From assembly GCF_000186885.1 (NCBI RefSeq), contig NC_014972.1:3330001-3362000 (forward strand): a stretch of 32,000 bases of DNA, in the 5' to 3' direction. The DNA comes from Desulfobulbus propionicus DSM 2032. Its GTDB lineage: Bacteria > Desulfobacterota > Desulfobulbia > Desulfobulbales > Desulfobulbaceae. Under the pieces are notes generated by a model, which was not told the DNA's origin, ran no database searches, and saw nothing but the letters and a program-made list of their open reading frames with translations. Both the position numbers and the translations under genes were made by a program. Positions 1-11,221 of the stretch are shown piece after piece; positions within the stretch are counted from its first letter, which is position 1, and the number at the start of each line of letters is the position of its first letter.

Positions 1-1
1 A

Positions 2-1399
2 CGGTACGGCACGGCGGTGATCGGCAAGGTCTTCGGCCCCATCATGATCCTCTGGTTCGGCAGCCTCGGCGCACTCGGCCTGATCGCCATCTTCCGCCAG
101 CCCGATGTGCTCTTGGCCCTCAACCCGGTCTATGCCTATGAGTATTTTGCCATACACCGGATGCACGGATTCATCTCCCTGGCCTCGGTGGTGCTGTGCA
201 TCACCGGCGGCGAAGCCCTCTACGCCGACATGGGCCATTTCGGCCGCCTACCCATCCGGATCACCTGGTGCGGCATCGTCCTGCCCGGCCTGGTGCTCAA
301 CTATTACGGCCAAGGGGCGTTGCTGCTCCACGATCCCGCTATCGCCGAGGTCAATCCCTTTTACGCCCTGGCGCCGAAAGCGGTGCTCTATCCCCTGGTC
401 GGCCTGGCCACGGTGGCGGCGGTCATCGCCTCCCAAGCCATGATCTCGGGCGTCTATTCACTCACCCAGCAGGCGATGCAACTGGGGTTCACCCCACGCA
501 TGCGCATCATCCATACCTCGGAGCAAGCCAGGGGACAGATCTACATTCCCACCGTGAACTGGTTGGTGATGCTCGCCTGCCTGACCCTGGTGCTGACATT
601 CAAGGAATCGTCCCGGCTGGCCGCCGCCTACGGGTTCGCGGTCACCGCCACCATGACCATTACCTCGATCATGTATTTCCACATTCTTCGCTTCCGTTGG
701 CACTGGACACTGTGGCGGAGCGTCGCCCTGGTCGGGCTGTTTCTCCTTTTCGATTCCTCGTTCCTGGGGGCCAATATCCTCAAGATCAAGGATGGCGGCT
801 GGATCACCGTCTGCATCGCCTCCCTGGTCTTGGTATCGATGATCACCTGGCGCGACGGCCGCATCCTGCTGGCCAAGCACTATGCACTGATGCGCTTGCC
901 CACCGATGTCTTTCTCAAGGATTTGGCCGAATACAGTCCACAGCGAACCGCGGGCACGGCCGTGTTCATGTCGATCACCCCCGAGGGCATTCCCCATACC
1001 CTGCTGCACCATCTCAAGCACAACGAGGCCCTGCACGAACGGGTGCTGCTCCTGTCCATTCTTTCGGCGGAGACACCCAAGATAGCGGCGAGCGAACGGG
1101 TACAGGTGGAGGCGCTGGGGCAGGGATTCTATCGGGTCAAGGCCCAATACGGGTTCATGGAGTCGCCGAACATGCCGGAGATTCTCGATCTGGTAAGCCG
1201 AAAAGGGGTAGCGATCGATATCTATACCACCTCGTTCTTCCTGGGACGTGAAACCCTGTTTGCCACCGGACCGGCGCCCATGGCCCAATGGCGCAAAAAG
1301 CTGTTCATCTTCATGTCGCGCAACGCCTGGAACGCCACCTCGTTCTTCAAGCTGCCGCCGGATCGGGTGGTGGAGTTGGGGACACAGGTGGAGCTGTAG
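2..1399 (+). CDS. kup: KUP/HAK/KT-family potassium uptake transporter, 5'-truncated by the window edge
   Basis: The frame is open back to nt 2 (RYGTAV precedes the GTG at 17 used by the ORF track). The translation carries the Kup hallmark ITGGEALYADMGHFG...LNYYGQGALLL, several hydrophobic TM segments and the soluble C-terminal domain. Stop TAG at 1397-1399. Confidence 0.9.
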   Translation, partial: RYGTAVIGKVFGPIMILWFGSLGALGLIAIFRQPDVLLALNPVYAYEYFAIHRMHGFISLASVVLCITGGEALYADMGHFGRLPIRITWCGIVLPGLVLNYYGQGALLLHDPAIAEVNPFYALAPKAVLYPLVGLATVAAVIASQAMISGVYSLTQQAMQLGFTPRMRIIHTSEQARGQIYIPTVNWLVMLACLTLVLTFKESSRLAAAYGFAVTATMTITSIMYFHILRFRWHWTLWRSVALVGLFLLFDSSFLGANILKIKDGGWITVCIASLVLVSMITWRDGRILLAKHYALMRLPTDVFLKDLAEYSPQRTAGTAVFMSITPEGIPHTLLHHLKHNEALHERVLLLSILSAETPKIAASERVQVEALGQGFYRVKAQYGFMESPNMPEILDLVSRKGVAIDIYTTSFFLGRETLFATGPAPMAQWRKKLFIFMSRNAWNATSFFKLPPDRVVELGTQVEL

Positions 1400-1411
1400 G
1401 GACCGTCCGGT

Positions 1412-2854
<1,443 letters not shown>

Positions 2855-5800
2855 TTATTCGCCGCGCTGACGCAGCCGGTCGAGCAGGCTGGAGAGATCG
2901 GCGGCCTTGGGCTTGACCAGCCAGAACCGGCCGATGAAGTCGGGGAAGTCGTCCAACAGCCGCCAGCCCCAGTCGCTGTTGGTCTCGCGGCAGAATTCCT
3001 CGATCACCCGGTGGAGATGGTTGCGGTACTCCTCCATGTAGCCGGAGTGGACCCGCTGAATCTCCACCAGTTCATGGTTGTACCGGTCGACAAAGCTGTT
3101 GTCGAGATCGAGCACATAGGCAAAGCCGCCGGTCATGCCGGCGCCGAAGTTGCTGCCGGTGGGGCCGAGTACCGTGACCAGGCCGCCGGTCATGTATTCG
3201 CAGCCGTGATCGCCCACACCCTCGACCACCGCATGGGCGCCGGAGTTGCGCACCGCGAACCGCTCGCCGGCCCGACCTGCGGCAAACAGCCGGCCGCCAG
3301 TGGCACCGTAGAGGCAGGTGTTGCCCATGATGCTGGTGACTTCGCTCTTGAAGGTCGAGCGGTGCGGCGGCCGGAGCACGATCTTGCCGCCGGCCATGCC
3401 CTTGCCCACGTAGTCGTTGGCGTCGCCGCTCAGGGAGAGCTCCAGCCCGCCGACATTCCAGGCGCCGAAGCTCTGGCCGGCGATACCGGTCAGTTTGAGC
3501 TTGACCGGCGCTTCGTTCATCCCTTGGTTGCCCCAGCGTTTGGCGATCTCGCCACTCAAGCGGGCGCCGATGGAACGGTCGCTGTTGGCCAGGGTGTAGG
3601 CAAAGGTGCCGCCGCTACGCGCCTCGATGGCCGGCAGGATGTCGGCCACCATCTGCTCGGCCAGCACCCCCTTGTCAAAGGGCTGGTTGCGGCGCACGGC
3701 GCAGTGGCGGGGCTTGGACGCCAGCAACGCATCGGTGTGGATCAGCGGCGTAAGATCGAGCTGTCGCTGCCGTGGGGTAAGGCCGGCCACGGGTTCGAGC
3801 AGGTCCACCCGGCCGACCAGATCCTCCAGGCGGCGCACACCGAGCAGGGCCATCCACTCCCGGGTTTCCTCCGCGAGAAAGCGGAAATAGTTGAGCACCT
3901 TGTCCACCGTGCCCCGGTAATGGTCGCGCCGCAGGTCGTCGCGCTGGGTGGCCACGCCGGTGGCGCAGTTATTGAGATGACAGATGCGCAGGTACTTGCA
4001 GCCCAAGCTGATCATGGGCGCAGTGCCAAAGCCGAAGCTCTCGGCACCGAGCAGGGCCGCCTTGATCACATCGAGTCCGGTCTTGAGGCCGCCGTCGGTC
4101 TGGACCCGGATCTTGTCGCGCAGGTCATTGGCCTGCAGGGTCTGGTGCACCTCGGCCAACCCCAGCTCCCAGGGCGAACCGGCATGGCGGATGGAAGAGA
4201 TGGGGCTGGCGGCGGTGCCGCCGTCGTAGCCGGAAACCGTGATCAGGTCGGCGTAGGCCTTGGCCACCCCGGCGGCAATGGTGCCGATACCGGGCCGGGA
4301 GACCAACTTCACCGACACCAGGGCCTCCGGATTGACCTGCTTGAGGTCGAAGATCAGTTGGGCCAGGTCCTCGATGGAGTAGATGTCGTGGTGCGGCGGC
4401 GGCGAGATCAGGGTGACGCCTGGGACCGCGTAGCGCAACCGGGCTATCAGGTCGTTGACCTTGCTCCCCGGCAGCTGGCCGCCCTCGCCGGGCTTGGCCC
4501 CCTGGGCGATTTTGATCTGCAGCTCCTCGGCGTTGACCAGGTAGTGGGGCGTGACCCCAAAACGGCCCGAGGCGATCTGCTTGATCTTCGAGACCTTGCT
4601 GGTGCCGTAGCGGGCCGGGTCCTCGCCGCCCTCGCCGCTGTTGGAGCGGCCGCCAAGCGCGTTCATCGCCTCGGCCAGGGCCTCGTGGGCCTCGGGCGAC
4701 AGCGCCCCGAGCGACATGGCGGCGGTGTCGAAGCGGCGGACAATGGCCTCGACCGGTTCGACCTGGTCGATGGGGATCGGCTGCACATCGCGGCGCAGGG
4801 CGAGCAGATCGCGCAGGGTGGCGGGTGGGCGGTGGTTGATCAGCTCGGCGCAGCGGCGCCATTGGCCATAGTCGCCGCTGGTGACCGCCGATTGCAACCC
4901 CAGGACCACATCCGGGTTGAAGGCATGGTACTCCTGGCCGTGCATGTACTTGAGCAGTCCGCCCGGCCGGATGGGCCGTTGCCGGCTGGTGGCCTCCCGG
5001 GCCAGGGCCTGCTGATCCGCCTCAAGGTCGGCAAATCCAGCGCCGCCGATGCGGCTGGGGGTGCCGGGGAAACAGCGTTCCACCACCTCCGCATCCAGAC
5101 CGATAATTTCAAACAGCTGGGCGCCCCGGTAGGAGGCCACGGTGGCAATGCCCATCTTGGAGAGGATCTTCAAGAGCCCCTTTTTGATGCCCTTGCGATA
5201 GTTCTTCAGGGCCTGGTTTGGCTGCAGATCGACTTCACCGCAGCGGCAGAGATCGGCGAGCACCGCATAGCCGAGGTACGGGTAGACCGCGGTAGCCCCG
5301 AACCCGATCAGGCAGGCGATCTGGTGGGCATCGCGGGCCGTGGCCGTGGAAACGATGAGGTTGGCGTTGCAGCGCAGGCCCTGCACGCACAGGTGATGGT
5401 GAACCGCGCCAATGGCCAGCAGGGCATGGATGGGCAACAGCGGCGGGGCGCAGTCCTGATCAGTGAGCAGCAGCAACACGCAGCCGCTGCGCACCGCTTC
5501 TGCGGCTTGGCTGCACAGGGCCTCGATGGCCGCGCGCAGATCCTGCTTTTCCAGATCGTAGCCGAGCGGCAGCCGGCACAACCGGTAGCCCCAGCGGTCG
5601 AGATGGAGCAGGGCCCGGTACTTTTCGGTGGACAGCACCGGCGAGGTCAGGATCACCCGGCTGGCGTGCTGCTCGGACTCCTCGAAAATCGACTGCTGCT
5701 CCGGGCCGATGGTGGTCTCCAACGACATCACCACTGCTTCGCGCAGCGGGTCGATGGGCGGGTTGGTCACCTGGGCGAACTGCTGACGGAAAAAGTCGTA

Positions 5801-7303
5801 CAGCGGCCGCTGCTGGCGGGAGAGCACGGCCATGGGGGTGTCGTCGCCCATGGAGCCGGTGGCCTCCTGGCCGGTTTCGGCCAGGGGGCGCAACAACTGG
5901 TCGCGCTCCTCGAAGCTGACCTGGTACATCTTCATCGCCATCGTCAGCCGCTCCCCCTCCAGTTCATGGATAGGCCGATCCTGCTCCAGGGTACCCTCGA
6001 GGCGCAGGGTGTTGTCCTTGAGCCACTGCTTGTAGGGATGGCGCGTTTTGAGCAGCTCGTCCACCTCGCTGGTGTGGCGCAGGGTCCCGGTGGCGGTATC
6101 GACCGAGAGGATCTGGCCCGGGCCAAGCCGGCCCTTGGCCACCACCTCGCCGGCATCGTCGTTGGAGACGCCCACCTCCGAGGCCACGGTCAGCAGGTGG
6201 TCGCGGGTCAGCACCCAGCGCGAGGGCCGTAGGCCGTTGCGGTCCAGGGCGCAGACCGCATGGCGGCCATCGGTGAGCACCAAGCCGGCCGGGCCGTCCC
6301 ATGCCTCGGTGTGCATGGAGTTGAACTCGTAAAAGGCGCGCAGGTCGGCGTCGAGATGCTCGACGTTCTGCCAGGCGGGCGGAATGAGCATGCGGATCGC
6401 CCGGTGCAGGTCCATGCCGCCGGCCACCAGCACCTCAAGCATGTTATCCAAGCTGGAGGAGTCCGAGCCGGTGCGGTTGACCAGGGGAGCGATGGCCTCG
6501 ATGTCCGGCAGCAGCGGGGTTTGAAACTTGCCTGTGCGGGCCTCGGCCCAGTTGCGGTTGCCGGTGATGGTGTTGATCTCGCCGTTGTGGGCCAGCAGGC
6601 GGAAGGGTTGAGCCAGGGGCCAGCGCGGCATGGTGTTGGTGGAGAAGCGCTGGTGGAAAACGCAGATGGCGCTGGTCAGTTCCGGATCGGCCAGGTCGGG
6701 GAAGAAGCCGGGCAGGTCGGCGGGCATCATCAGCCCCTTGTAGACCAGGGTGCCTTCACTGAGGCTGGCGACATAGAAATCCGGATCGTGGGCCAACCGC
6801 TTTTCCGTCCGTCGGCGGGCAATGAACAACCCTGCGGTCAGCTGCTCGCGACGCTGGTTGTCGCTGTTGACAAACACCTGGAAAAATTGCGGCAGGGAGG
6901 CCAGGGCAATGGGGCCCAGGCAGGCAGGATTGGTGGGCACCTGCCGCCAGCCGGCCACCCGCAACCCCTGGTCCGCCAGCTCCTCCTCCAGGATGCGCCG
7001 GGCCGTCGCCGCCCGCTCCTCGTCCTGGCTGAACATCAGGCTGCCGATGCCGTAGAGCGGTGTCAACTCGCCGGCGCCGCAGGCCTGGGCCGCGCGACGG
7101 AGAAAACCATCGGGTTTCTGCACGAGCAAGCCGCAGCCGTCGCCGGTGCGGCCGTCGGCGGCAATCCCGCCCCGGTGGGTCATGCGGGTCAGCGCCTCGA
7201 TGCCGGTCCGCACCAATCGGTGACTGGCCTCGCCCTTGACGTGGGCGATCAGGCCGAAACCGCAATTGTCCTTGAATTCGTTGCAATCGTAAAGCCCGTT
7301 CAT
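2855..7303 (-). CDS. gltB: Glutamate synthase large subunit
   Basis: I place the start at ATG 7303-7301 ([21 protein letters not shown]), which gives the conserved amidotransferase Cys in CGFG. The 88 codons upstream in the track ORF (to 7567) have no GltB-like sequence. Also present are the glutaminase, central, FMN-binding (GGTAASP) and C-terminal GXGXG-repeat domains ([39 protein letters not shown]). Confidence 0.92.
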   Translation of the reverse strand: MNGLYDCNEFKDNCGFGLIAHVKGEASHRLVRTGIEALTRMTHRGGIAADGRTGDGCGLLVQKPDGFLRRAAQACGAGELTPLYGIGSLMFSQDEERAATARRILEEELADQGLRVAGWRQVPTNPACLGPIALASLPQFFQVFVNSDNQRREQLTAGLFIARRRTEKRLAHDPDFYVASLSEGTLVYKGLMMPADLPGFFPDLADPELTSAICVFHQRFSTNTMPRWPLAQPFRLLAHNGEINTITGNRNWAEARTGKFQTPLLPDIEAIAPLVNRTGSDSSSLDNMLEVLVAGGMDLHRAIRMLIPPAWQNVEHLDADLRAFYEFNSMHTEAWDGPAGLVLTDGRHAVCALDRNGLRPSRWVLTRDHLLTVASEVGVSNDDAGEVVAKGRLGPGQILSVDTATGTLRHTSEVDELLKTRHPYKQWLKDNTLRLEGTLEQDRPIHELEGERLTMAMKMYQVSFEERDQLLRPLAETGQEATGSMGDDTPMAVLSRQQRPLYDFFRQQFAQVTNPPIDPLREAVVMSLETTIGPEQQSIFEESEQHASRVILTSPVLSTEKYRALLHLDRWGYRLCRLPLGYDLEKQDLRAAIEALCSQAAEAVRSGCVLLLLTDQDCAPPLLPIHALLAIGAVHHHLCVQGLRCNANLIVSTATARDAHQIACLIGFGATAVYPYLGYAVLADLCRCGEVDLQPNQALKNYRKGIKKGLLKILSKMGIATVASYRGAQLFEIIGLDAEVVERCFPGTPSRIGGAGFADLEADQQALAREATSRQRPIRPGGLLKYMHGQEYHAFNPDVVLGLQSAVTSGDYGQWRRCAELINHRPPATLRDLLALRRDVQPIPIDQVEPVEAIVRRFDTAAMSLGALSPEAHEALAEAMNALGGRSNSGEGGEDPARYGTSKVSKIKQIASGRFGVTPHYLVNAEELQIKIAQGAKPGEGGQLPGSKVNDLIARLRYAVPGVTLISPPPHHDIYSIEDLAQLIFDLKQVNPEALVSVKLVSRPGIGTIAAGVAKAYADLITVSGYDGGTAASPISSIRHAGSPWELGLAEVHQTLQANDLRDKIRVQTDGGLKTGLDVIKAALLGAESFGFGTAPMISLGCKYLRICHLNNCATGVATQRDDLRRDHYRGTVDKVLNYFRFLAEETREWMALLGVRRLEDLVGRVDLLEPVAGLTPRQRQLDLTPLIHTDALLASKPRHCAVRRNQPFDKGVLAEQMVADILPAIEARSGGTFAYTLANSDRSIGARLSGEIAKRWGNQGMNEAPVKLKLTGIAGQSFGAWNVGGLELSLSGDANDYVGKGMAGGKIVLRPPHRSTFKSEVTSIMGNTCLYGATGGRLFAAGRAGERFAVRNSGAHAVVEGVGDHGCEYMTGGLVTVLGPTGSNFGAGMTGGFAYVLDLDNSFVDRYNHELVEIQRVHSGYMEEYRNHLHRVIEEFCRETNSDWGWRLLDDFPDFIGRFWLVKPKAADLSSLLDRLRQRGE

Positions 7304-7365
7304 GGTCCCTTGAATGGTTGAGGAATAGTGAGGGGCAGTTAAGCACCGGACGCCCCCGAGTGCAA

Positions 7366-7380
7366 CAGGAATAATTCCTG
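7366..7380. promoter_or_regulatory. Perfect 7-1-7 palindrome CAGGAAT-A-ATTCCTG upstream of gltB; candidate operator or activator site
   Basis: Read directly from the sequence. It sits 63-77 nt upstream of the gltB ATG and abuts a weak minus-strand sigma70-like promoter: TTGCAC (7365-7360), 17 nt spacer, TTAACT (7342-7337). The palindrome centre would fall near -43 of that promoter. Confidence 0.3.
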
Positions 7381-7441
7381 AGTGGTACAAGGTGTCCGAA
7401 AGAAGGGGAAAACAGGGCAAATGGAGGGCACCATTCTTTCG

Positions 7442-7469
7442 TTGACAGTTCCCGCCTGTCTTATATGCT
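7442..7469 (+). promoter_or_regulatory. Putative sigma70-type promoter: TTGACA, 16 nt spacer, TATGCT
   Basis: Consensus -35 hexamer at 7442-7447 and a 4/6 -10 hexamer at 7464-7469, in the divergent gltB/DHH-CBS intergenic region about 110 nt upstream of the DHH-CBS ATG. Confidence 0.3.
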
Positions 7470-7517
7470 GGAACACGATACGTCCGGTGCATCGAACCAC
7501 GACTGTTTGTCTTCGCA

Positions 7518-7555
7518 AGCGGCCTCAGCCAATCTGGAGCCGCTGTATTTTTATT
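7518..7555 (+). terminator. Terminator-like hairpin plus U-tract inside the 5' leader of the DHH-CBS gene (possible attenuator or short leader RNA)
   Basis: AGCGGC (7518-7523) pairs with GCCGCT (7539-7544), with two further inner pairs after one mismatch. GTATTTTTATT follows. It lies between the putative promoter at 7442 and the ATG at 7579. Confidence 0.25.
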
Positions 7556-7578
7556 CAGCTTGAGCAACTCGGAATTTC

Positions 7579-8877
7579 ATGCATATCGCCACCACCCATC
7601 GCAACACCGATTTCGACGGCCTGGCCTCGATCATCGCCGCCACCCTGCTCTATCCCGGCACCGTGGCGGTGTGTCCAAAGAACGTCAACCCCAATGTCCA
7701 CCGCTTTCTCTCCCTGCACAAGACCTCCTTTGACCTCATTCTCGCCGGCGAGGTCAAACTGGAAGACGTCACCCGCCTGATCGTCGCCGACACCAACCAA
7801 TGGCGGCGGCTGGACCGGGTGGACCAGCTCCGCGACCGCGATGACGTCGAATTGCTGCTCTGGGATCATCATCTGGGCATTGGCGACCTCAATCCCCACT
7901 GGCAGTGCGTGGAAAAGATTGGCGCCACCATCACCCTGCTGGTTCGGGAGATCAAGGCGCAACAGATCGACCTTACCCCCCTGCAGGCCACCCTCTTTCT
8001 TCTCGGCCTCTACGAGGATACCGGCCAGCTGACCTTCAGCTCCACCACCCCGGAAGACGCGCGCGCCGCCGCCTTTCTCCTCGAACAGGGGGCGGATCTC
8101 AACATCGCGGTCGATTTTCTCAACATGGCCTACGGCGAGGTGCAGAAAAAGGTGCTGTTTCGGCTGATGCGCGATGCCGAGCAGCACGAGATCAAGGGTA
8201 AGCGGGTGGGCATCGGCGTGGTCCACATCAGCCGGCATGTCGAACTGGCCATGGTGGTGCAGCTGTACGCCAAAATCGTCAATGCCGACGCGGTGTTCGT
8301 CATCTTTGTCAACGAGGGCGGCGGATTTTTCGTGATCGGCCGCAGCAGTGCTCCGGAGATCAACGTCAACACCATCCTCCAGCGGTTCGGCGGCGGCGGC
8401 CACCCGGGCGCGGGATCGGCCACTATCACCGACAAACAACTGACCGCCGGGGTGATCCGGCAAAAAATCATCGCCGCCCTGCACGAGGTGCAACGTGGCG
8501 GTGCCCTGGTGGCGGACATGATGTCCTTCCCGGTGACCACCGTGCCGCCGGATGCGCCGATGCACGAGATCCGCCGCATCATGGAGGAGGAAAAGATCCG
8601 CGGGGTGGTGGTCGAGGAGGATGACCGCCTGCAAGGCATTGTGGTGTTGTGGGACCTGAAGAAGCTGCGCCTGACCAAGCAGTGGAACAGCCCGGTCAAG
8701 GCCTTCATGAACCGCAAGGTGACCACCATCGCCCCCGAGGCCCTGGCCAGCGAGGCGGCGGACCTGATGGTGCAGAAGAACATCGGCCACCTGCCGGTGG
8801 TTCAAGGCGAAAAGGTGATCGGCATCGTCACCCGCACCGATGTCATCAATTACCTCTACGGCATGCTGCCGAGCTGA
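7579..8877 (+). CDS. DHH-family phosphoesterase fused to a tandem CBS pair
   Basis: DHH motifs are HRNTDFDGLAS (DxD), VADTN, WDHH and GGGGHPGAGSA (the GGGH of DHHA1). The C-terminal ~130 aa form two CBS-like repeats (MSFPVTTVPPDAPMHEI...GVVVEEDDRLQGIV and MNRKVTTIAPEALASEAADLM...HLPVVQGEKVIGIVTRTDV). Confidence 0.85.
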   Translation: MHIATTHRNTDFDGLASIIAATLLYPGTVAVCPKNVNPNVHRFLSLHKTSFDLILAGEVKLEDVTRLIVADTNQWRRLDRVDQLRDRDDVELLLWDHHLGIGDLNPHWQCVEKIGATITLLVREIKAQQIDLTPLQATLFLLGLYEDTGQLTFSSTTPEDARAAAFLLEQGADLNIAVDFLNMAYGEVQKKVLFRLMRDAEQHEIKGKRVGIGVVHISRHVELAMVVQLYAKIVNADAVFVIFVNEGGGFFVIGRSSAPEINVNTILQRFGGGGHPGAGSATITDKQLTAGVIRQKIIAALHEVQRGGALVADMMSFPVTTVPPDAPMHEIRRIMEEEKIRGVVVEEDDRLQGIVVLWDLKKLRLTKQWNSPVKAFMNRKVTTIAPEALASEAADLMVQKNIGHLPVVQGEKVIGIVTRTDVINYLYGMLPS

Positions 8878-9184
8878 TCGGTTTTTCCCAACGGCACGCC
8901 CCTCCTGGTACCGGCTGCCGGGGCAGTCGCCACCGTGATCACGATGCAGCGCCGGATCGTTGCCGGTCGGCATGATCGGCAACGAGGAATGAATCTCATT
9001 TTTCCTTCCGCGATCCGTCTTTCCGTTGTCCCCCAGGATCGGGGTGTGCTACACTCGTTGCAGACCCGACAAACAGATCGCCCTCCCCCCGTGGATCACG
9101 CGGGGTTGCGGCATTGCTGTGTTTTCACTTTGGCCCCGCTTTCCCTACCCCGCATGGGGGGAAACCGTCCACAGGCGGATTATT

Positions 9185-11209
9185 ATGTTTTTTTCAAAGA
9201 AAAAGGCAACGGCGGCGGCACTGGTGTGCTCCGGTTGTTTCCAGGCGGCGGTGGCCGCTTCCGAGACCAACGAGTATCTGGAGCTGGATCTCTCCCAGCT
9301 GATGAATATCACCGTGACCTCTGTTGCCAAGAAAGAGCAGCGTTTGTCGGACGCGGCGGCGGCGGTGTTCGTCATCACCCAGGAAGACATCCGCCGCTCC
9401 GGCGTGACCACCATCGCCGATGCCCTGGCCATGGCCCCGGGCATTCAGGTGGCCAAGATCAGCGCCTCCAAATGGTCGGTGTCCTCGCGGGGGTTCGCCG
9501 GGTACACCTCCAACAAGCTGCTGGTGCTGATGGACGGCCGTTCCGTGTATTCTCCGGCCTACAGCGGCGTGTTTTGGGACGCGCAGAACACGCTGCTCGA
9601 GGATATCGACCGCATCGAGGTCATCCGCGGACCGGGCGGCACGTTGTGGGGCGCCAACGCGGTCAATGGGGTCATCAACATCATCACCAAAAACGCCACG
9701 GAAACCAAGGGGACCCTGGTCCGCGCCAGTGCCGGCAACGGCGGGGCCATGTCCACGGCGGCCCGTTACGGCGGCGCGCTCAGCGACACCATCAGCGGCC
9801 GTCTGTATCTGACCTATGACCGCAGCATGAGCAACGCCCTCAAGGAAAACGGCGAAGACGCCAACGACACCTGGAAGCCCCTGCAAACCGGCTTTCGCCT
9901 GGACGGCGAACCGGCGGGCAACAAGGAATGGACCCTGCAGGGCGATCTGTATGACAACGGCGGCGATCAGTGGGTCTTTCCCCACTGGACCGGCGACTCG
10001 CCCCTGCCGTCGATCCGGGATGACGCGCTGGACGCCAAGGGCGGGAATCTGCTGGGACGCTGGCGCCAGGAACTGGGCAACGATCGGGCGCTGACCTTCA
10101 AGGCCTATTATGATTTCAACAAACGCAGCGACGCGGTGTTCAATCTGGCCTTCGACACCATCGACCTCGATCTCCAGTACGAGACAGCGCTCGGCGGGCG
10201 CCAAAACCTGACCATGGGCGCCGGCTACCGGTCGATCACCGGTGACTTTGACGAAACCTTCCAGGTGTATCTGCCGGATCGAAGCGACGAGCTCCACAGC
10301 GCCTTTCTCCAGGACGAGATCAACCTCGTGGCCGACAGGCTGTGGCTGACCCTGGGTTCCAAGTACGAACACAACGACTATACCGGTAGCGAATGGCAGC
10401 CCAGCGCCCGAATACTGTGGAAACCCGCGGATCGTCATTCCCTCTGGACCTCCGTAGCGCGGGCGGTGCGCACCCCGGCCATCGTCGAGCAGCACGGCCG
10501 GGTGCTCATGGGCAGATATCCGGCCTCTCTCGGCACCACCCCGATCGGCATTGGCGATATCAACTTTACCGGCAATCCGGATTTTGACTCCGAAATCGTC
10601 ACCGCCTACGAAGCCGGACACCGCTGGCAGGCAACAGATACCCTTTCCTTTGACCTGGCCCTGTTCTACAACGACTACGACGAGATCTATACCGCCCAGC
10701 CCGTGCAGTCGGGGCTTGATATCGACAGCGTTTTTGTCAACGCCCAGAGCGGCTCGGGCCGGGGCGTCGAGCTGGCGGCCGACTGGAAGCCTCGTTCCTG
10801 GCTGTCCTTTGCCTTGGCCTACTCCCACCTGGAAATGGATCTGACCACCGACGCCGCCGTCGGCAGCCAGGCCGGCAGCGACTGGGTGACAAAGGCCAGC
10901 CCGCGACATCAGGTTTCGCTGCGCTCCTCCATCGCCCTGGCCGAGAATTGGCGGCTCAACCTCTGGCTCCGCCACGTCGACACGATTTCCGGCAGAAACA
11001 GCACCAATTTGTTAGGCGACTCGCGTCTCCTGGATGCCTACACCCTGCTGGACGCCAACCTGATCTGGACTCCGTTCCGGGAACTGGAAGTGATGCTTGC
11101 CGGCCAGAATCTGTTGGACGACGGCCAGGTCCGCTATCTGTCCGAATACCAGACCCCGGCCACCGAGATCGAACGCGGCGTGTACGGCAAGGTCACCTGG
11201 CGGTTCTAG
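9185..11209 (+). CDS. TonB-dependent outer-membrane receptor (plug plus beta-barrel), substrate unknown
   Basis: I place the start at ATG 9185 (MFFSKKKATAAALVCSGCFQAAVAA, a signal peptide). The 53 upstream codons in the track ORF are not signal-like. Plug motifs are VTSVAKKEQRLSDAAAAVFVITQEDIRRSG, DALAMAPGIQV, SSRGF, LVLMDGRSVY, IEVIRGPGGTLWGANAVNGVINIITK. The C-terminus is YGKVTWRF, ending in the terminal aromatic residue typical of OM barrels. There is no FecA-type N-terminal signalling extension. Confidence 0.87.
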   Translation: MFFSKKKATAAALVCSGCFQAAVAASETNEYLELDLSQLMNITVTSVAKKEQRLSDAAAAVFVITQEDIRRSGVTTIADALAMAPGIQVAKISASKWSVSSRGFAGYTSNKLLVLMDGRSVYSPAYSGVFWDAQNTLLEDIDRIEVIRGPGGTLWGANAVNGVINIITKNATETKGTLVRASAGNGGAMSTAARYGGALSDTISGRLYLTYDRSMSNALKENGEDANDTWKPLQTGFRLDGEPAGNKEWTLQGDLYDNGGDQWVFPHWTGDSPLPSIRDDALDAKGGNLLGRWRQELGNDRALTFKAYYDFNKRSDAVFNLAFDTIDLDLQYETALGGRQNLTMGAGYRSITGDFDETFQVYLPDRSDELHSAFLQDEINLVADRLWLTLGSKYEHNDYTGSEWQPSARILWKPADRHSLWTSVARAVRTPAIVEQHGRVLMGRYPASLGTTPIGIGDINFTGNPDFDSEIVTAYEAGHRWQATDTLSFDLALFYNDYDEIYTAQPVQSGLDIDSVFVNAQSGSGRGVELAADWKPRSWLSFALAYSHLEMDLTTDAAVGSQAGSDWVTKASPRHQVSLRSSIALAENWRLNLWLRHVDTISGRNSTNLLGDSRLLDAYTLLDANLIWTPFRELEVMLAGQNLLDDGQVRYLSEYQTPATEIERGVYGKVTWRF

Positions 11210-11221
11210 CGCCCACTCGCC

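Noticed and set aside
3011-6232. 1073-aa ORF on the + strand
   Set aside because: It is antisense to the well-supported gltB gene. The translation is a monotonous Ala/Gly/Arg/Val/Leu/Gln-rich sequence with no motifs. This is the typical shadow ORF of a high-GC gene, where the complement of GC3-rich codons seldom yields stop codons.
7415-7433. Possible sigma-54 promoter (TGGTGC...TTTGCC on the minus strand) upstream of gltB
   Set aside because: The GG and GC dinucleotides are 14 nt apart instead of the required 12 nt register (TGGCAC-N5-TTGC). The -24 element is also imperfect.
7304-7567. 88-codon N-terminal extension of gltB in the track
   Set aside because: It shows no similarity to GltB N-termini. 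The conserved sequence begins at MNGLYD...CGFGLIAH (ATG 7303). The extension would also cover the whole divergent promoter region.
7555-8982. 475-aa ORF on the - strand
   Set aside because: It is antisense to the DHH-CBS gene, which has all DHH/DHHA1 motifs and CBS repeats. The antisense product is low-complexity and His/Gly/Asp/Ala-rich with no recognisable domain.
8985-9003. Fur-box-like sequence AGGAATGAATCTCATTTTT
   Set aside because: By my alignment only 11 of 19 positions match the GATAATGATAATCATTATC consensus. It also lacks the dyad symmetry and lies about 185 nt upstream of the receptor ATG. This is too weak to call.
8878-9184. Cobalamin or other riboswitch upstream of the TonB-dependent receptor
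   Set aside because: I looked for the B12 box (AGYCMGGAGACCKGCC-like) and the GGUGAAAAUCC-type core and found neither. No other riboswitch core that I know is visible. Only a covariance-model scan could settle this.
9194-10975. 593-aa ORF on the - strand
   Set aside because: It is antisense to the TonB-dependent receptor and has shadow-ORF composition. The + strand product has the plug motifs and the terminal aromatic residue.
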